Shown here: positions 48,018 to 57,259 of the stretch, one piece after another
Layout: every line of letters starts with the position of its first letter
Position numbering within the stretch: position 1 is the stretch's first letter
DNA from: Winogradskyella sp.
GTDB lineage: Bacteria > Bacteroidota > Bacteroidia > Flavobacteriales > Flavobacteriaceae
Reading direction: 5' to 3'
Assembly: GCF_016744625.1 (NCBI RefSeq)
Contig: NZ_JADGDZ010000010.1
Location: 126-64,125, forward strand
DNA length: 64,000 nucleotides
The notes under the pieces: model-generated
What the model saw: only the letters and a program-made list of their open reading frames with translations
Told to the model about the DNA's origin: nothing
The model's database searches: none
Program-made: the position numbers and the translations under genes

Positions 48018-50795
48018 ATGAAAACAAAAATTACTAAACATTTAAAAAATTGGTTTTTTATACCAATGTTCTTAATGTCTCTGATGGTAAGTGCCCAAGG
48101 TACTGTATTAGAAGACATTTGTGCTACATTTCCAAGCGCACCAATTTTAAAAGAAGTCATTGCGACTTATCCACTGACGGATTTAAGTGATGCTAATGGA
48201 GATAATAATACAGAGATTATACCTGGAGTAAATATTTCTGATACTAATGGTCTTTGTATAGATAACAGTATTGTAGATAATTTTGATAATATTGGAGCTG
48301 CTATAACAGACCCAGATCTTTTGGGTATCATTGATAGTTTTGATGTAACTCCTGTAGAAGATAATTTTGACCCAAATAACTTTGGTGTAAAGTTAGATTT
48401 TAACTTATCGTATTTCCCTCCAATTGATGTAGATTCTGATGGAATAGTAACTATGGGTGCAATTGAAAACCCTTATCTAGACTTTTTGGGTATAGTATAT
48501 AATTATGTTACACAACAAGTAGGTGTTTTACTTCAGAGTGGAGATATATTGTATGCAGAAGTTGACGTACCATTAAATCAGTGGCATACTGTTGAGGTTA
48601 AGCATATACTTGGTCAAGGAGGATTTGTTTATTTAAACGGAACTTTAGTTTTAGCCGTAAATACTATAGCAATTGATGTAGAACAAGTAGAAATAGATTT
48701 TAGTCAATTTGATGTCAGTAATTTAACTCTAGAAGGAGCTTTAGACTTTGTGACTAGTTTTGCTAGTTTAGCTGATGGTTACGAATTCTGTTTAAGAAAT
48801 GTAGAAATTTATAAATGTGTTCCTGGAGCTATTGAAGTCTCTAGTATTACAGAAGATTGTTCAGTGTCTCTAGAAGCACCAACAGCTTGGGATCTTTGCA
48901 GTGGGTCTGTTGTTGGTACAACAACAGATCTAACAGAATATGCAGTGGCAGGAAACTACGTTGTTAACTGGTCTTTTGTTAGTGCCAATGGCATCGGCGA
49001 ATTAGTATTACCACAAAATGTTACAGTAACCGCTAATGACGATGCAGATGGTGATGGAGTTTGTGACGCCTTAGATGTATGTCCAGGTTTCGACGATACT
49101 ATAGATGCTAATATGAATGGCACACCAGATGGTTGTGACACACCAACTACAGATAACGAACCAAGTGATAGTGTTAATTTAGCACTTTTAGATGATGCCA
49201 CTTTATCAGGTTCTACAACTAGTGGACGTGGTACACCATTGGCAATATTATACGATCCATTAATAGAAGATTATAGAATTAGAACAGATTGGAATGAATA
49301 TGGAGTTGATTTTAATGAGAATCTAGGCCGTCCAGATGTCGATAATGGTTTTTTCTGGAGAGTAGATTGGGAAACACCAAAATCTGTTAATTTTATTACA
49401 ATCGGTGGAACATATCCAAACCAACCACAACCAAATGCATTATGGAGAGTTAGTTATCTTTATGATGGAGTATGGACGACCTTAGAAGAAGGCCAAGGGG
49501 GGTGGATAGATAGTGGTATCTATTTATGGGATGGTACAGCTTCGCCACCAATAATAGCAGACGCTATGCGCGTACAGGTTTATAGTGATGGTAATAGTGA
49601 TTTAGTAAGTATTCATTTACGAGGACGTGGAGGTATATCAGATAGAATAAATGATAGTGCAGAAGCGACTAAGGCAACACTTTTTATGTATTTGCCACAA
49701 GCAGGTGCACCAATTGCAGATTTTACAACAGTAAGTGATATGCTCGAAGTAGATTTCGATGCTAGTGGTTCTATAGATGATGGTAGTATTGTTGGTTACC
49801 AATGGGATTTTGGTGATGGTAATAGTTCAAATTCAGGGCCTACAGCTATGCATACTTATGCAATGTCAGGTAATTATACAGTGACTTTAACAGTTACAGA
49901 CAATGATGGTCTAATGGGTTCTATTTCTAAAGTTGTTACCGTAAGTGATGGTGCAGCAGTTAATGAACCAGATGATAATGTCAACTTAGCACTTCTAGAT
50001 GATGCAGATTTATCAGGTTCAGTATCTGAAGGAAGAGGTACACCAGACGCAATTCTTTACGATCCTTCAATAGATGATTATTTTATTAGAACAGATTGGA
50101 ATGAATATGGAGTTAATTATCAAGAGAATCTAGGACGTCCAGATGCAGATAATGGCTTTTTATGGCAAGTAGATTGGGAGACACCAAAATTCGTTAACTA
50201 TGTTACTTTTGGAGGTACGTATCCAAACCAACCTCTACCAAATGCGTTATGGAGAATTAGTTACCTTAATAATGGAGACTGGTTAACCTTAGAAGAAGGC
50301 CAAGGAGGCTGGATTGATAGTGGTATTTACGAATGGGATGGTAGATCAGGTGCACCTATAACAGTAGATGCAATGCGAGTTCAAATTTACAGTGATGGTA
50401 ATACAGACTTAGTAAGTGTTCATATTAGAGGACGTGGTGGACTATCAGCTAGAACAGATGATAGATCAACAACGACTAAGGCTACACTGATACAGTATTT
50501 ATCAGCTGTACCACCTTCAGAAGCTCGACATGTAGAAGTTGTAGATAGCATGAAAATATCTCCTAACCCATCTTCTGGTAAAGCATTAATTAGCTTTGAA
50601 GATGCAAAAGAGATTGAAGTAATCGAGATTTTTGATCTCACAGGTCGATTAGTGCAACAGATTAAAGGCGGTAAAATAGATAAAGATGGTAAACAAATTT
50701 ATGTTTATGGATTACCAAATGGTATTTATAACATAAAAGCCATTGAAACGTCTGGACTATTACACCAAGCAAAACTGATTATAAAGCAGAAATAA
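48018..50795 (+). CDS. Secreted multidomain protein (LamG-like N-terminus, Asp-rich calcium-binding-type motif, duplicated 180-aa module of unknown type, PKD, T9SS type-A sorting domain)
   Basis: Signal peptide. Motifs: DDADGDGVCDALDVCPGFDD, the PKD motif YQWDFGDGNSS...HTYAMSGNYTVTLTVTDNDG, and the C-terminal ISPNPSSGKALISF...NGIYNIKA. Confidence 0.88.
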   Translation: MKTKITKHLKNWFFIPMFLMSLMVSAQGTVLEDICATFPSAPILKEVIATYPLTDLSDANGDNNTEIIPGVNISDTNGLCIDNSIVDNFDNIGAAITDPDLLGIIDSFDVTPVEDNFDPNNFGVKLDFNLSYFPPIDVDSDGIVTMGAIENPYLDFLGIVYNYVTQQVGVLLQSGDILYAEVDVPLNQWHTVEVKHILGQGGFVYLNGTLVLAVNTIAIDVEQVEIDFSQFDVSNLTLEGALDFVTSFASLADGYEFCLRNVEIYKCVPGAIEVSSITEDCSVSLEAPTAWDLCSGSVVGTTTDLTEYAVAGNYVVNWSFVSANGIGELVLPQNVTVTANDDADGDGVCDALDVCPGFDDTIDANMNGTPDGCDTPTTDNEPSDSVNLALLDDATLSGSTTSGRGTPLAILYDPLIEDYRIRTDWNEYGVDFNENLGRPDVDNGFFWRVDWETPKSVNFITIGGTYPNQPQPNALWRVSYLYDGVWTTLEEGQGGWIDSGIYLWDGTASPPIIADAMRVQVYSDGNSDLVSIHLRGRGGISDRINDSAEATKATLFMYLPQAGAPIADFTTVSDMLEVDFDASGSIDDGSIVGYQWDFGDGNSSNSGPTAMHTYAMSGNYTVTLTVTDNDGLMGSISKVVTVSDGAAVNEPDDNVNLALLDDADLSGSVSEGRGTPDAILYDPSIDDYFIRTDWNEYGVNYQENLGRPDADNGFLWQVDWETPKFVNYVTFGGTYPNQPLPNALWRISYLNNGDWLTLEEGQGGWIDSGIYEWDGRSGAPITVDAMRVQIYSDGNTDLVSVHIRGRGGLSARTDDRSTTTKATLIQYLSAVPPSEARHVEVVDSMKISPNPSSGKALISFEDAKEIEVIEIFDLTGRLVQQIKGGKIDKDGKQIYVYGLPNGIYNIKAIETSGLLHQAKLIIKQK
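49155..49694 (+). repeat. Copy 1 of the 180-aa duplicated module (NEPSDSVNLALLDD...KATLFMYL)
   Basis: Aligned by eye to copy 2: 133/180 identical residues with no gaps. Confidence 0.9.
49962..50501 (+). repeat. Copy 2 of the 180-aa duplicated module (NEPDDNVNLALLDD...KATLIQYL)
   Basis: 807 nt downstream of copy 1, in the same frame, with a PKD domain between the copies. Confidence 0.9.
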
Positions 50796-50817
50796 GTAAA
50801 GTTTTAAAAATAAGTTT

Positions 50818-50855
50818 AAAGCCCAATAGATAATATTATCTATTGGGCTTTTTTA
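50818..50855 (+). terminator. Rho-independent terminator
   Basis: GCCCAATAGATA-atat-TATCTATTGGGC (12-bp stem) followed by TTTTTT. Confidence 0.85.
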
Positions 50856-51010
50856 TTGTTCATTAGATATTAAATAAAGAAATTGAACTATATAATTGCC
50901 TTAGATTATTCTTATTAAGGTAAGTTTTACAATTGCAAAAGATTATACACTATCACACTGAATAGCCTCTTTTTATGAGTTTATTGAATCGAACTTCAGC
51001 GCAATGCATC

Positions 51011-51040
51011 AAAAAAGTCTAGCACTTTCGTACTAGACTT
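51011..51040 (-). terminator. Rho-independent terminator downstream of the tRNA
   Basis: On the minus strand, AGTCTAG-tacgaaagtg-CTAGACT is followed by TTTTTT. Confidence 0.7.
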
Positions 51041-51049
51041 TCACTGTTG

Positions 51050-51123
51050 TAGCGAGAACGAGAATTGAACTCGTGACCTCCGGGTTATGAATCCGACGCT
51101 CTAACCAACTGAGCTACCTCGCC
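51050..51123 (-). tRNA. tRNA with anticodon CAT (elongator tRNA-Met, or a lysidine-modified tRNA-Ile2)
   Basis: The reverse complement is GGCGAGGTAGCTCAGTTGGTTAGAGCGTCGGATTCATAACCCGGAGGTCACGAGTTCAATTCTCGTTCTCGCTA. It folds by hand as a cloverleaf with D arm GCTC/GAGC, T arm ACGAG-TTCAATT-CTCGT and loop TTCATAA. CCA is not encoded. Confidence 0.85.
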
Positions 51124-51136
51124 ATTATTGCGGCTG

Positions 51137-51144
51137 CAAATATA
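51137..51144 (-). promoter_or_regulatory. -7 promoter box TATATTTG for the tRNA
   Basis: The plus strand reads CAAATATA. It ends 13 nt upstream of tRNA position 1. Confidence 0.5.
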
Positions 51145-51253
51145 AAAACAAATTCTACGACAACAAACATAACATTCTAAAAAAATAATTTTTAGTTTAA
51201 AGTTTTGAATTGACCCATAATTGTATATATTGAGCGTATAATAAAATGCATCT

Positions 51254-51646
51254 ATGGACGATAAAGAAAAATATGAAATGGAGTTTGTGATACACGCATC
51301 ACCTTCTCTTATATATACATATATATCAACACCTTCAGGCTTATCAGAATGGTTTGCCGATAATGTAAATTCTCGTGGAGAATTGTTTACTTTTATTTGG
51401 GATGGCTCAGAAGAACAAGCTAAGTTATTAAGTAAAAAGAATGGAGAACGTGTTAAATTTCGTTGGGTTGAAGATGATGAAGACGGAGCATCCTATTACT
51501 TTGAAATCCGAATTCAAGTCGATGAAATCACTAAAGATGTATCTCTAATGATTACTGACTATGCAGAAGATGATGAAATTGAAGAAGGTAAAATGCTTTG
51601 GGCTAATCAAATTTCAAGTCTTAAACAAGTTTTAGGTTCGGCATAA
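51254..51646 (+). CDS. START/AHSA1-like (SRPBCC-fold) small protein
   Basis: 130 aa. PSLIYTYISTPSGLSEWFAD is typical of the Bacteroidota START-like family. The family assignment is from memory. Confidence 0.6.
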   Translation: MDDKEKYEMEFVIHASPSLIYTYISTPSGLSEWFADNVNSRGELFTFIWDGSEEQAKLLSKKNGERVKFRWVEDDEDGASYYFEIRIQVDEITKDVSLMITDYAEDDEIEEGKMLWANQISSLKQVLGSA

Positions 51647-51715
51647 CGTGTAAATAATTATACTATCATATATTTGTCTCGGTATAATCTTAACAGATTA
51701 ATCGAGACTTTTTTT

Positions 51716-52567
51716 ATGGTAAATTTTAACGGAACATTATTATCTCAATCAGATTCAAAACTTACAATTGATAATAGAGGTTATAAATATGGTGATGCCC
51801 TTTTTGAAACATTAAAAGTGGTTAATGGTAAAACCTTCTTTTGGGAAGATCATTATTTTAGACTTATGGCATCAATGCGTATTCTACGAATGAATATTCC
51901 AATGAACTTTACTATGGAATTCCTAGAAGCTGAAATTATAAAAACAGTTGAAGCTAATGATTTATTGAATAGCGCAGCGCGTGTGCGTTTAAATGTAGAT
52001 AGAGGAGAAGGTGGTAAATATTTACCTTATGATGATGCAAAAGTGAATTTTAATATTATTGCAGAACCACATGCCAATCCGTTTTATACCATAGATACTG
52101 ATGCTAGATACACTGTAGATTTGTATAAAGATTATTTTATGGCTCCAGGATTGTTATCGGGTTTAAAATCTAATAATAAAGCGATTCAAGTTATAGGAAG
52201 TATATATGCAAAGGAAAATGACTTAGATAATTGTTTAGTACTCAATACTAATAAAAGTGTTATTGAAGCTTTAAATGGTAATTTATTCTTGGTTAAAGGT
52301 GATAAGATTAAAACACCTCCATTAGAAGATGGTTGTCTTAAAGGTGTGATGCGTAAGCAAATTTTAGAGCTGTTAGCGAAGGATGTTAACCTTTTTGTAG
52401 ATGAAGCGTCTATTAGTCCTTTTGAACTTCAAAAAGCAGATGAATTGTTTGTTACTAATGTGATTAGAGGTATTGTCCCAATTACACAGTATCGTAAAAA
52501 AACGTTTGGAACTGATTTTGCTCAAAAGACAGTAGGTAAATTGAATACTAAGTTGAGACTCTTGTAA
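51716..52567 (+). CDS. Class IV aminotransferase-fold protein (aminodeoxychorismate lyase-like)
   Basis: Starts at MVNFNG. Motifs: RGYKYGDALFETLKV and TPPLEDGCLKGVMR. Confidence 0.75.
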   Translation: MVNFNGTLLSQSDSKLTIDNRGYKYGDALFETLKVVNGKTFFWEDHYFRLMASMRILRMNIPMNFTMEFLEAEIIKTVEANDLLNSAARVRLNVDRGEGGKYLPYDDAKVNFNIIAEPHANPFYTIDTDARYTVDLYKDYFMAPGLLSGLKSNNKAIQVIGSIYAKENDLDNCLVLNTNKSVIEALNGNLFLVKGDKIKTPPLEDGCLKGVMRKQILELLAKDVNLFVDEASISPFELQKADELFVTNVIRGIVPITQYRKKTFGTDFAQKTVGKLNTKLRLL

Positions 52568-52622
52568 TAACGTCATTAAGAGTATGTATAATCTTTTTAA
52601 TTAAAACTTCAAGTTAAAAGAT

Positions 52623-53177
52623 TTAATTATAACTGGGATTTTCGGGTGCATTAGACCAAATACTATAATCACCACCAAGTTCTAACATTTTTTCACGCCA
52701 AAAGGAATTGCAAGACTTGGATATAATGTCATTGTTATGCACATTTTCAGAAACTAACCAAGCATTAGACTGAAGTTCATTGTCTAATTGTTGTTCGTCC
52801 CAGCCAGAATAGCCTAAAAAGAATCTAATCTCGTCTTTAGATATTTTATCTTCATTAATTAAGTCTATGACTATATTGAAATCTCCACCCCAAAAAATAC
52901 CATTTGATATTTCAATACTGTTTGGAATTAATTCTGGTGATTTATGGATAAAGTAAAGATTGTCTTGTTCTACAGGACCTCCATTATAAACCGTAAACTC
53001 AGATTCTGTACCTTCAATAAGATCTTTGAGATTATAATCTAAAGGTTTGTTTAAGATAAACCCAACCGATCCTAGTGCGTTGTGATCTGCTAACAATATC
53101 ACAGCGCGATTAAACGAGATGTCACCGATTATGGATGGTTCAGCAATTAATAAATTGCCTTTTTCAGGTTTAGTCAT
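52623..53177 (-). CDS. YqgE/AlgH-family protein (UPF0301)
   Basis: Starts at MTKPEKGNLLIAEPSIIGD..F.RAVILL..H...G..GFILNKP, with GGPV and GYSGW further on. The 40 upstream codons in the ORF call cover the hup terminator and are rejected. Confidence 0.85.
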   Translation of the reverse strand: MTKPEKGNLLIAEPSIIGDISFNRAVILLADHNALGSVGFILNKPLDYNLKDLIEGTESEFTVYNGGPVEQDNLYFIHKSPELIPNSIEISNGIFWGGDFNIVIDLINEDKISKDEIRFFLGYSGWDEQQLDNELQSNAWLVSENVHNNDIISKSCNSFWREKMLELGGDYSIWSNAPENPSYN

Positions 53178-53255
53178 TGTTTTATCTACTTTTAAGACAA
53201 CTAAATCTATAGTTTTTTTCTTAAAAAAACAACTTAAAGCCCTTAAAATTAGAGC

Positions 53256-53283
53256 AAAAAAAGCCTGCTCATTGAGCAGGCTC
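53256..53283 (-). terminator. Rho-independent terminator after hup
   Basis: On the minus strand, AGCCTGCTCA-at-GAGCAGGCT is followed by TTTTTTT. Confidence 0.8.
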
Positions 53284-53305
53284 TGTATTTTAAACAAAAA
53301 ATGTC

Positions 53306-53578
53306 TTAGTTTACAGCACTACTTAAGTCTGAACCAGCCTTAAATTTTACTACATTTTTAGCTTTAATCTTGATAGTCTTTCCAGTTTGTGGGTTTCTTC
53401 CATCTCTTGCAGCTCTTCTAGAAACTGACCAAGAACCAAATCCTACTAAAGATACTCTATTACCTTTTTGTAAAGATCCTTCGATATCAACTAATAAAGA
53501 GTCTAATGCTTTTTTTGCTGCTGCTTTTGTAATTCCAGCATTCTCTGCCATCCCGTTGATTAAATCTGTTTTGTTCAT
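53306..53578 (-). CDS. hup: HU-family DNA-binding protein
   Basis: MNKTDLINGMAE..G.TKA.A......FGSW.V..RAAR.GRNPQTG..I.I.A. Confidence 0.93.
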   Translation of the reverse strand: MNKTDLINGMAENAGITKAAAKKALDSLLVDIEGSLQKGNRVSLVGFGSWSVSRRAARDGRNPQTGKTIKIKAKNVVKFKAGSDLSSAVN

Positions 53579-53775
53579 AAAATATATAATTTAAATTGTT
53601 AAAAATTCGATTTTTAATAAGTAGTTGTTAAAAATCCGTACACAAAATTATTAGGAATATTAAGCTACGCAAGTAATAGCAAGGGAAATACGGCAATTTG
53701 TTGATAACTTATAATATTTGTTAATAAAGGAATGTATTTTATCGGATTTTTTCTTAAACCAATGGTAATAAGGGT

Positions 53776-54735
53776 TTACAGCAGTTTTGCAGATTTAGAA
53801 AATTGAAAGCCATTTAAAAGTGATTTTACATCCATTTTTCGTTTTCCTGGAAGTTGAATTTCTTTGATATTAATATAACCTCCATCGCATGCTACTTTCA
53901 ATTCATCTTTTGTAGAAAGAATATAACCATCTTTATATCTATGACTCTCACTGAGTTTCTCAACGCCATAAAGCTTTACTTTTACGGATTCATCATCTTT
54001 ATTATCTAAATAACACCAAGCTGTTGGGAATGGATTTAAACCTCTTATCTTATTATAAATGGTGTCAATAGGTTGAGACCAATCTATTTTACAGTTGTCT
54101 CTATTAAGTTTGTATGCCGTTTTTAAATCCTCGGTTTGAGGTTGAATTGTAGTCGATACTGAATCAGATTCAATTAGTTTTACCGTTTTAATGACCAAAT
54201 CACTTCCTATGGTCATTAATTCATCATGAAGTTCACCTACTGTAGTGTCTGTTCCTATGTTTGTGCTTTCACTCATAATAATTGCTCCTGTGTCAATCTT
54301 TTCGTCAATAAAGAATGTTGTGACACCAGTCCTCGTTTCACCATTAATAATAGCCCAATGAATTGGTGCTGCTCCTCTATAATCTGGCAATAAGGATGCA
54401 TGAAGGTTAAACGTGCCATATTCTGGCATTTGCCAAACAACTTTTGGTAACATTCTAAAAGCAACGATGATTTGTAAATTGGCATTTAAAGCGCTCAATT
54501 CTTCAATGAAAGACTCTGCTTTTAGATTTTTAGGTTGTAAGATATTTAGATGATGCTCTAGAGCAAATTGTTTTACTGCTGAAGCTCTTAATTTTTGACC
54601 ACGACCAGCAGGACGATCAGGTGCCGTTAAAACACCAACAACATTATAATCATTATCAAGGAGTGCTCTTAAGGTCTCAACAGCAAAATCTGGTGTGCCC
54701 ATAAATACAATTCGTAAATCGCGCTTTATTGTCAT
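53776..54735 (-). CDS. fmt: Methionyl-tRNA formyltransferase
   Basis: Motifs: IVFMGTPDFAV, NLHASLLPDYRGAAPI, FFIDEKIDTG. Confidence 0.92.
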   Translation of the reverse strand: MTIKRDLRIVFMGTPDFAVETLRALLDNDYNVVGVLTAPDRPAGRGQKLRASAVKQFALEHHLNILQPKNLKAESFIEELSALNANLQIIVAFRMLPKVVWQMPEYGTFNLHASLLPDYRGAAPIHWAIINGETRTGVTTFFIDEKIDTGAIIMSESTNIGTDTTVGELHDELMTIGSDLVIKTVKLIESDSVSTTIQPQTEDLKTAYKLNRDNCKIDWSQPIDTIYNKIRGLNPFPTAWCYLDNKDDESVKVKLYGVEKLSESHRYKDGYILSTKDELKVACDGGYINIKEIQLPGKRKMDVKSLLNGFQFSKSAKLL

Positions 54736-56627
54736 ATTAATGAATAGGTATTTGCGTGTGTTATTTTAATTTTTTTTACTTCTATTAGCTCAGAAATACT
54801 CTGTAATAAGTCTTGCTCTGAGCATTTAAGGAGTTGTAATAATTCTCGCGAAGATAAATCTTCCGCTTTTAAATTTTTTAAGATAAGGTTAGAAAGATTC
54901 ACTCTATTAGGATGACTCATTCCTGAGCTTTTATTGAGACATACTGAACATCTTCTGCAGTTAGAAATTGTCTTTTCTCCAAAGTAAGCCAATAATTGTT
55001 GACTTCTACATATTGAATCATTTTGAACATAATTTAGAACAGCTTCAATTTGTTTGTGTTTTAATAGATGTTGCTGTTCAATAGTTTTAGCAATTGGGTT
55101 GATTGTAATATCGTCTTCTCTTGGTGCTAAATATGTGATTTCAGAATCTGTATTAGCCATTTGAAGACTTATAATTTCATCTTTTTCTAAATGTTGTAGT
55201 TGCTCTATAATTTGTTTTTCTGGTAGATTTGTCTTTTGTATAATCAAACTAAGATTTACTTTGGTTTCATAATCAAAAATACCGCCATAAGTTCTCAATA
55301 AAACTTTAACCAAAGTATTTAAATCTAAATGTGTCTCTAAATATTGAAATAATGCAGCATTTGTAGTAATAAATTGGATTTTAGTTCTAAAATTAAAATG
55401 TTGAGTCAATGCAATAATCGCATTTCTATCGAGTAATAATAAAGCGTTGTAAGTAAGACTTGCTTTTAGTTTATAGGTGCTACAAAATGATTTAAAGTCG
55501 AATTGATGTGTGTGGTTTTCACCTTCTCCATAAGGGATTTGAAAATAATTACACAACTTGTTATATACGGTTTTCACAAAGCCAACAGAAGGTAGTGTGC
55601 TTAAAAACTGATTACGAAGATGATCTTCATCTATATGTTGTTTTAAGATTACGGCATGAGCCAATTGTCCATTACGACCTGCTCTACCTGCTTCTTGATA
55701 ATAACTTTCTAAACTTTCGGGTAAATTAAAATGAATTACTGTTTTTACATTAGCCTTATCAATTCCCATTCCAAAAGCAGTTGTGGCAACCATGATTTGT
55801 TTTTGGTCGTGAGTCCATTGGTACAAATGCTCTTGCTTTTCTTTATTAGTAATTCCACCATGATAGAAAGTAGAGGGGAAGCCTTTTGTTTCTAAATATT
55901 TTTGAATATCTGTCGTTGCCCTCCGATTTCTAACATATATAATAGACGACCCTTGGTGTGTGTTTAAAAGATGCTCTAGTTGAAACAGTTTATCATCTGT
56001 ATTAATAACACTGTACGCTATATTTGATCGCGAAAATGAAGCTTTAAAAATTTTCGAATTAACAAAATCGAGATTATCAATAATATCGTCAACCACATTG
56101 TGCTTTGCTGTTGCTGTTAAAGCAATACAATTAACATGTGGATGCATTTGTCTTAAAGTATTTATATTTTTATAAGCTGGTCTAAAATCATTTCCCCATT
56201 GACTGATACAATGCGCTTCATCTACTGCAATTAAATTGACTTGCATTTGCTGAATACGATCTTGGACTAAAGATTGTTGTAAACGTTCTGGTGAGAGGTA
56301 TAAGAACTTGTAGTTGCCATAAATACAATTGTCTAATTGTGTGTCTAAATCAGCATACGACATACCAGAAGTTAAAGCAATCGCTTTTATGCCTTTTGTT
56401 TTTAAGGTATTTACTTGATCCTTCATCAAAGCAATTAAAGGAGAAACAACAATACAAATACCATCTTTAATTAATGCAGGAATTTGAAAGCAAATCGATT
56501 TTCCTCCACCAGTTGGTAATAAAGCAAAGGTGTCCTCATTATTTAAAACCGAAGTAATAATCTCTTCTTGTAATGGTCTAAACGATGTATGATTCCAATA
56601 GCGTTCTAAAACTTCAATAGGATGCAT
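54732..56627 (-). CDS. RecQ-family ATP-dependent DNA helicase (second, shorter paralogue)
   Basis: Motifs: [62 protein letters not shown], and the C-terminal CRRCSVC. Confidence 0.9.
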   Translation of the reverse strand: MHPIEVLERYWNHTSFRPLQEEIITSVLNNEDTFALLPTGGGKSICFQIPALIKDGICIVVSPLIALMKDQVNTLKTKGIKAIALTSGMSYADLDTQLDNCIYGNYKFLYLSPERLQQSLVQDRIQQMQVNLIAVDEAHCISQWGNDFRPAYKNINTLRQMHPHVNCIALTATAKHNVVDDIIDNLDFVNSKIFKASFSRSNIAYSVINTDDKLFQLEHLLNTHQGSSIIYVRNRRATTDIQKYLETKGFPSTFYHGGITNKEKQEHLYQWTHDQKQIMVATTAFGMGIDKANVKTVIHFNLPESLESYYQEAGRAGRNGQLAHAVILKQHIDEDHLRNQFLSTLPSVGFVKTVYNKLCNYFQIPYGEGENHTHQFDFKSFCSTYKLKASLTYNALLLLDRNAIIALTQHFNFRTKIQFITTNAALFQYLETHLDLNTLVKVLLRTYGGIFDYETKVNLSLIIQKTNLPEKQIIEQLQHLEKDEIISLQMANTDSEITYLAPREDDITINPIAKTIEQQHLLKHKQIEAVLNYVQNDSICRSQQLLAYFGEKTISNCRRCSVCLNKSSGMSHPNRVNLSNLILKNLKAEDLSSRELLQLLKCSEQDLLQSISELIEVKKIKITHANTYSLI

Positions 56628-57169
56628 TACAGCAAATTTAAGGAGTCTAACACAAAATCAGTTCTGTTTTCAATACTTCCGAATGGTACGTCTATTAATT
56701 GGTAGCCAAAACGTTGATAAGTTTCGAAAAGATGATGATGAATTTCTATCGCTTGCTCAAAGCTTTCATAGCGCTCACTATCGCTTGTAAAAATTTCTTG
56801 CCATGGTGCTAAAACAAAGACACAATCATATTGATGGGATTTACAAATCTCAGTAAAATACTTTGGGTATGTATCACCAATATAGTCCATGTAAGCCAAG
56901 ACATCTGGTAGTCCTCTATCTAAAAAAACCGCATTCTCGGGTTCTTTAGCAGCGTCCATAAATTGTAATGTCCTTCCTTCGAGAAGTTTTTCACTAAACA
57001 ATAACGGTTTAGTTAAAAACAGTTGCTCAATGCCATCTTTTCTGGCTTGTAGTGTTACTTGTCTAGAGATTTCTTCATAACAAAGAAACCCACGAGATTT
57101 TAAGTGATTTATTATCGAGGATTTTCCGGTACCAGGTCCACCAGTAATAACGATTTTCTTTGGATTCAA
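56627..57169 (-). CDS. Small P-loop ATPase (AAA_28/NadR-kinase-like)
   Basis: Walker A motif ITGGPGTGKSS. 180 aa. The stop overlaps the recQ-like start by 1 nt. Confidence 0.75.
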   Translation of the reverse strand: MNPKKIVITGGPGTGKSSIINHLKSRGFLCYEEISRQVTLQARKDGIEQLFLTKPLLFSEKLLEGRTLQFMDAAKEPENAVFLDRGLPDVLAYMDYIGDTYPKYFTEICKSHQYDCVFVLAPWQEIFTSDSERYESFEQAIEIHHHLFETYQRFGYQLIDVPFGSIENRTDFVLDSLNLL

Positions 57170-57233
57170 ATTGGCAATGTTTTTGCTGTAAAATAAGCAG
57201 TTAAAAATAAATATAAAAAAGTAAAGTTAAACG

Positions 57234-57241
57234 TATCTTTG
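57234..57241 (+). promoter_or_regulatory. -7 promoter box TATCTTTG
   Basis: Exact TAnnTTTG match. It overlaps the TTG start of the ORF call at 57239, which argues for the ATG at 57260 as the true start. Confidence 0.45.
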
Positions 57242-57259
57242 CAACTGAAAAATTTTAAT

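Noticed and set aside
49155-50501. Diversity-generating retroelement (template/variable repeat pair)
   Set aside because: The two copies differ at many codon positions, not only at adenines. No reverse transcriptase or accessory gene is present anywhere in the window.
50796-51253. Genomic island or integrase insertion at the tRNA
   Set aside because: There is no integrase, no duplicated tRNA 3' end, and no direct repeat of the tRNA terminus nearby. The flanking genes are ordinary.
53178-53297. 40-codon N-terminal extension of the YqgE/AlgH gene
   Set aside because: It spans the hup terminator hairpin. The family N-terminus starts at MTKPEKGNLLIAEP.
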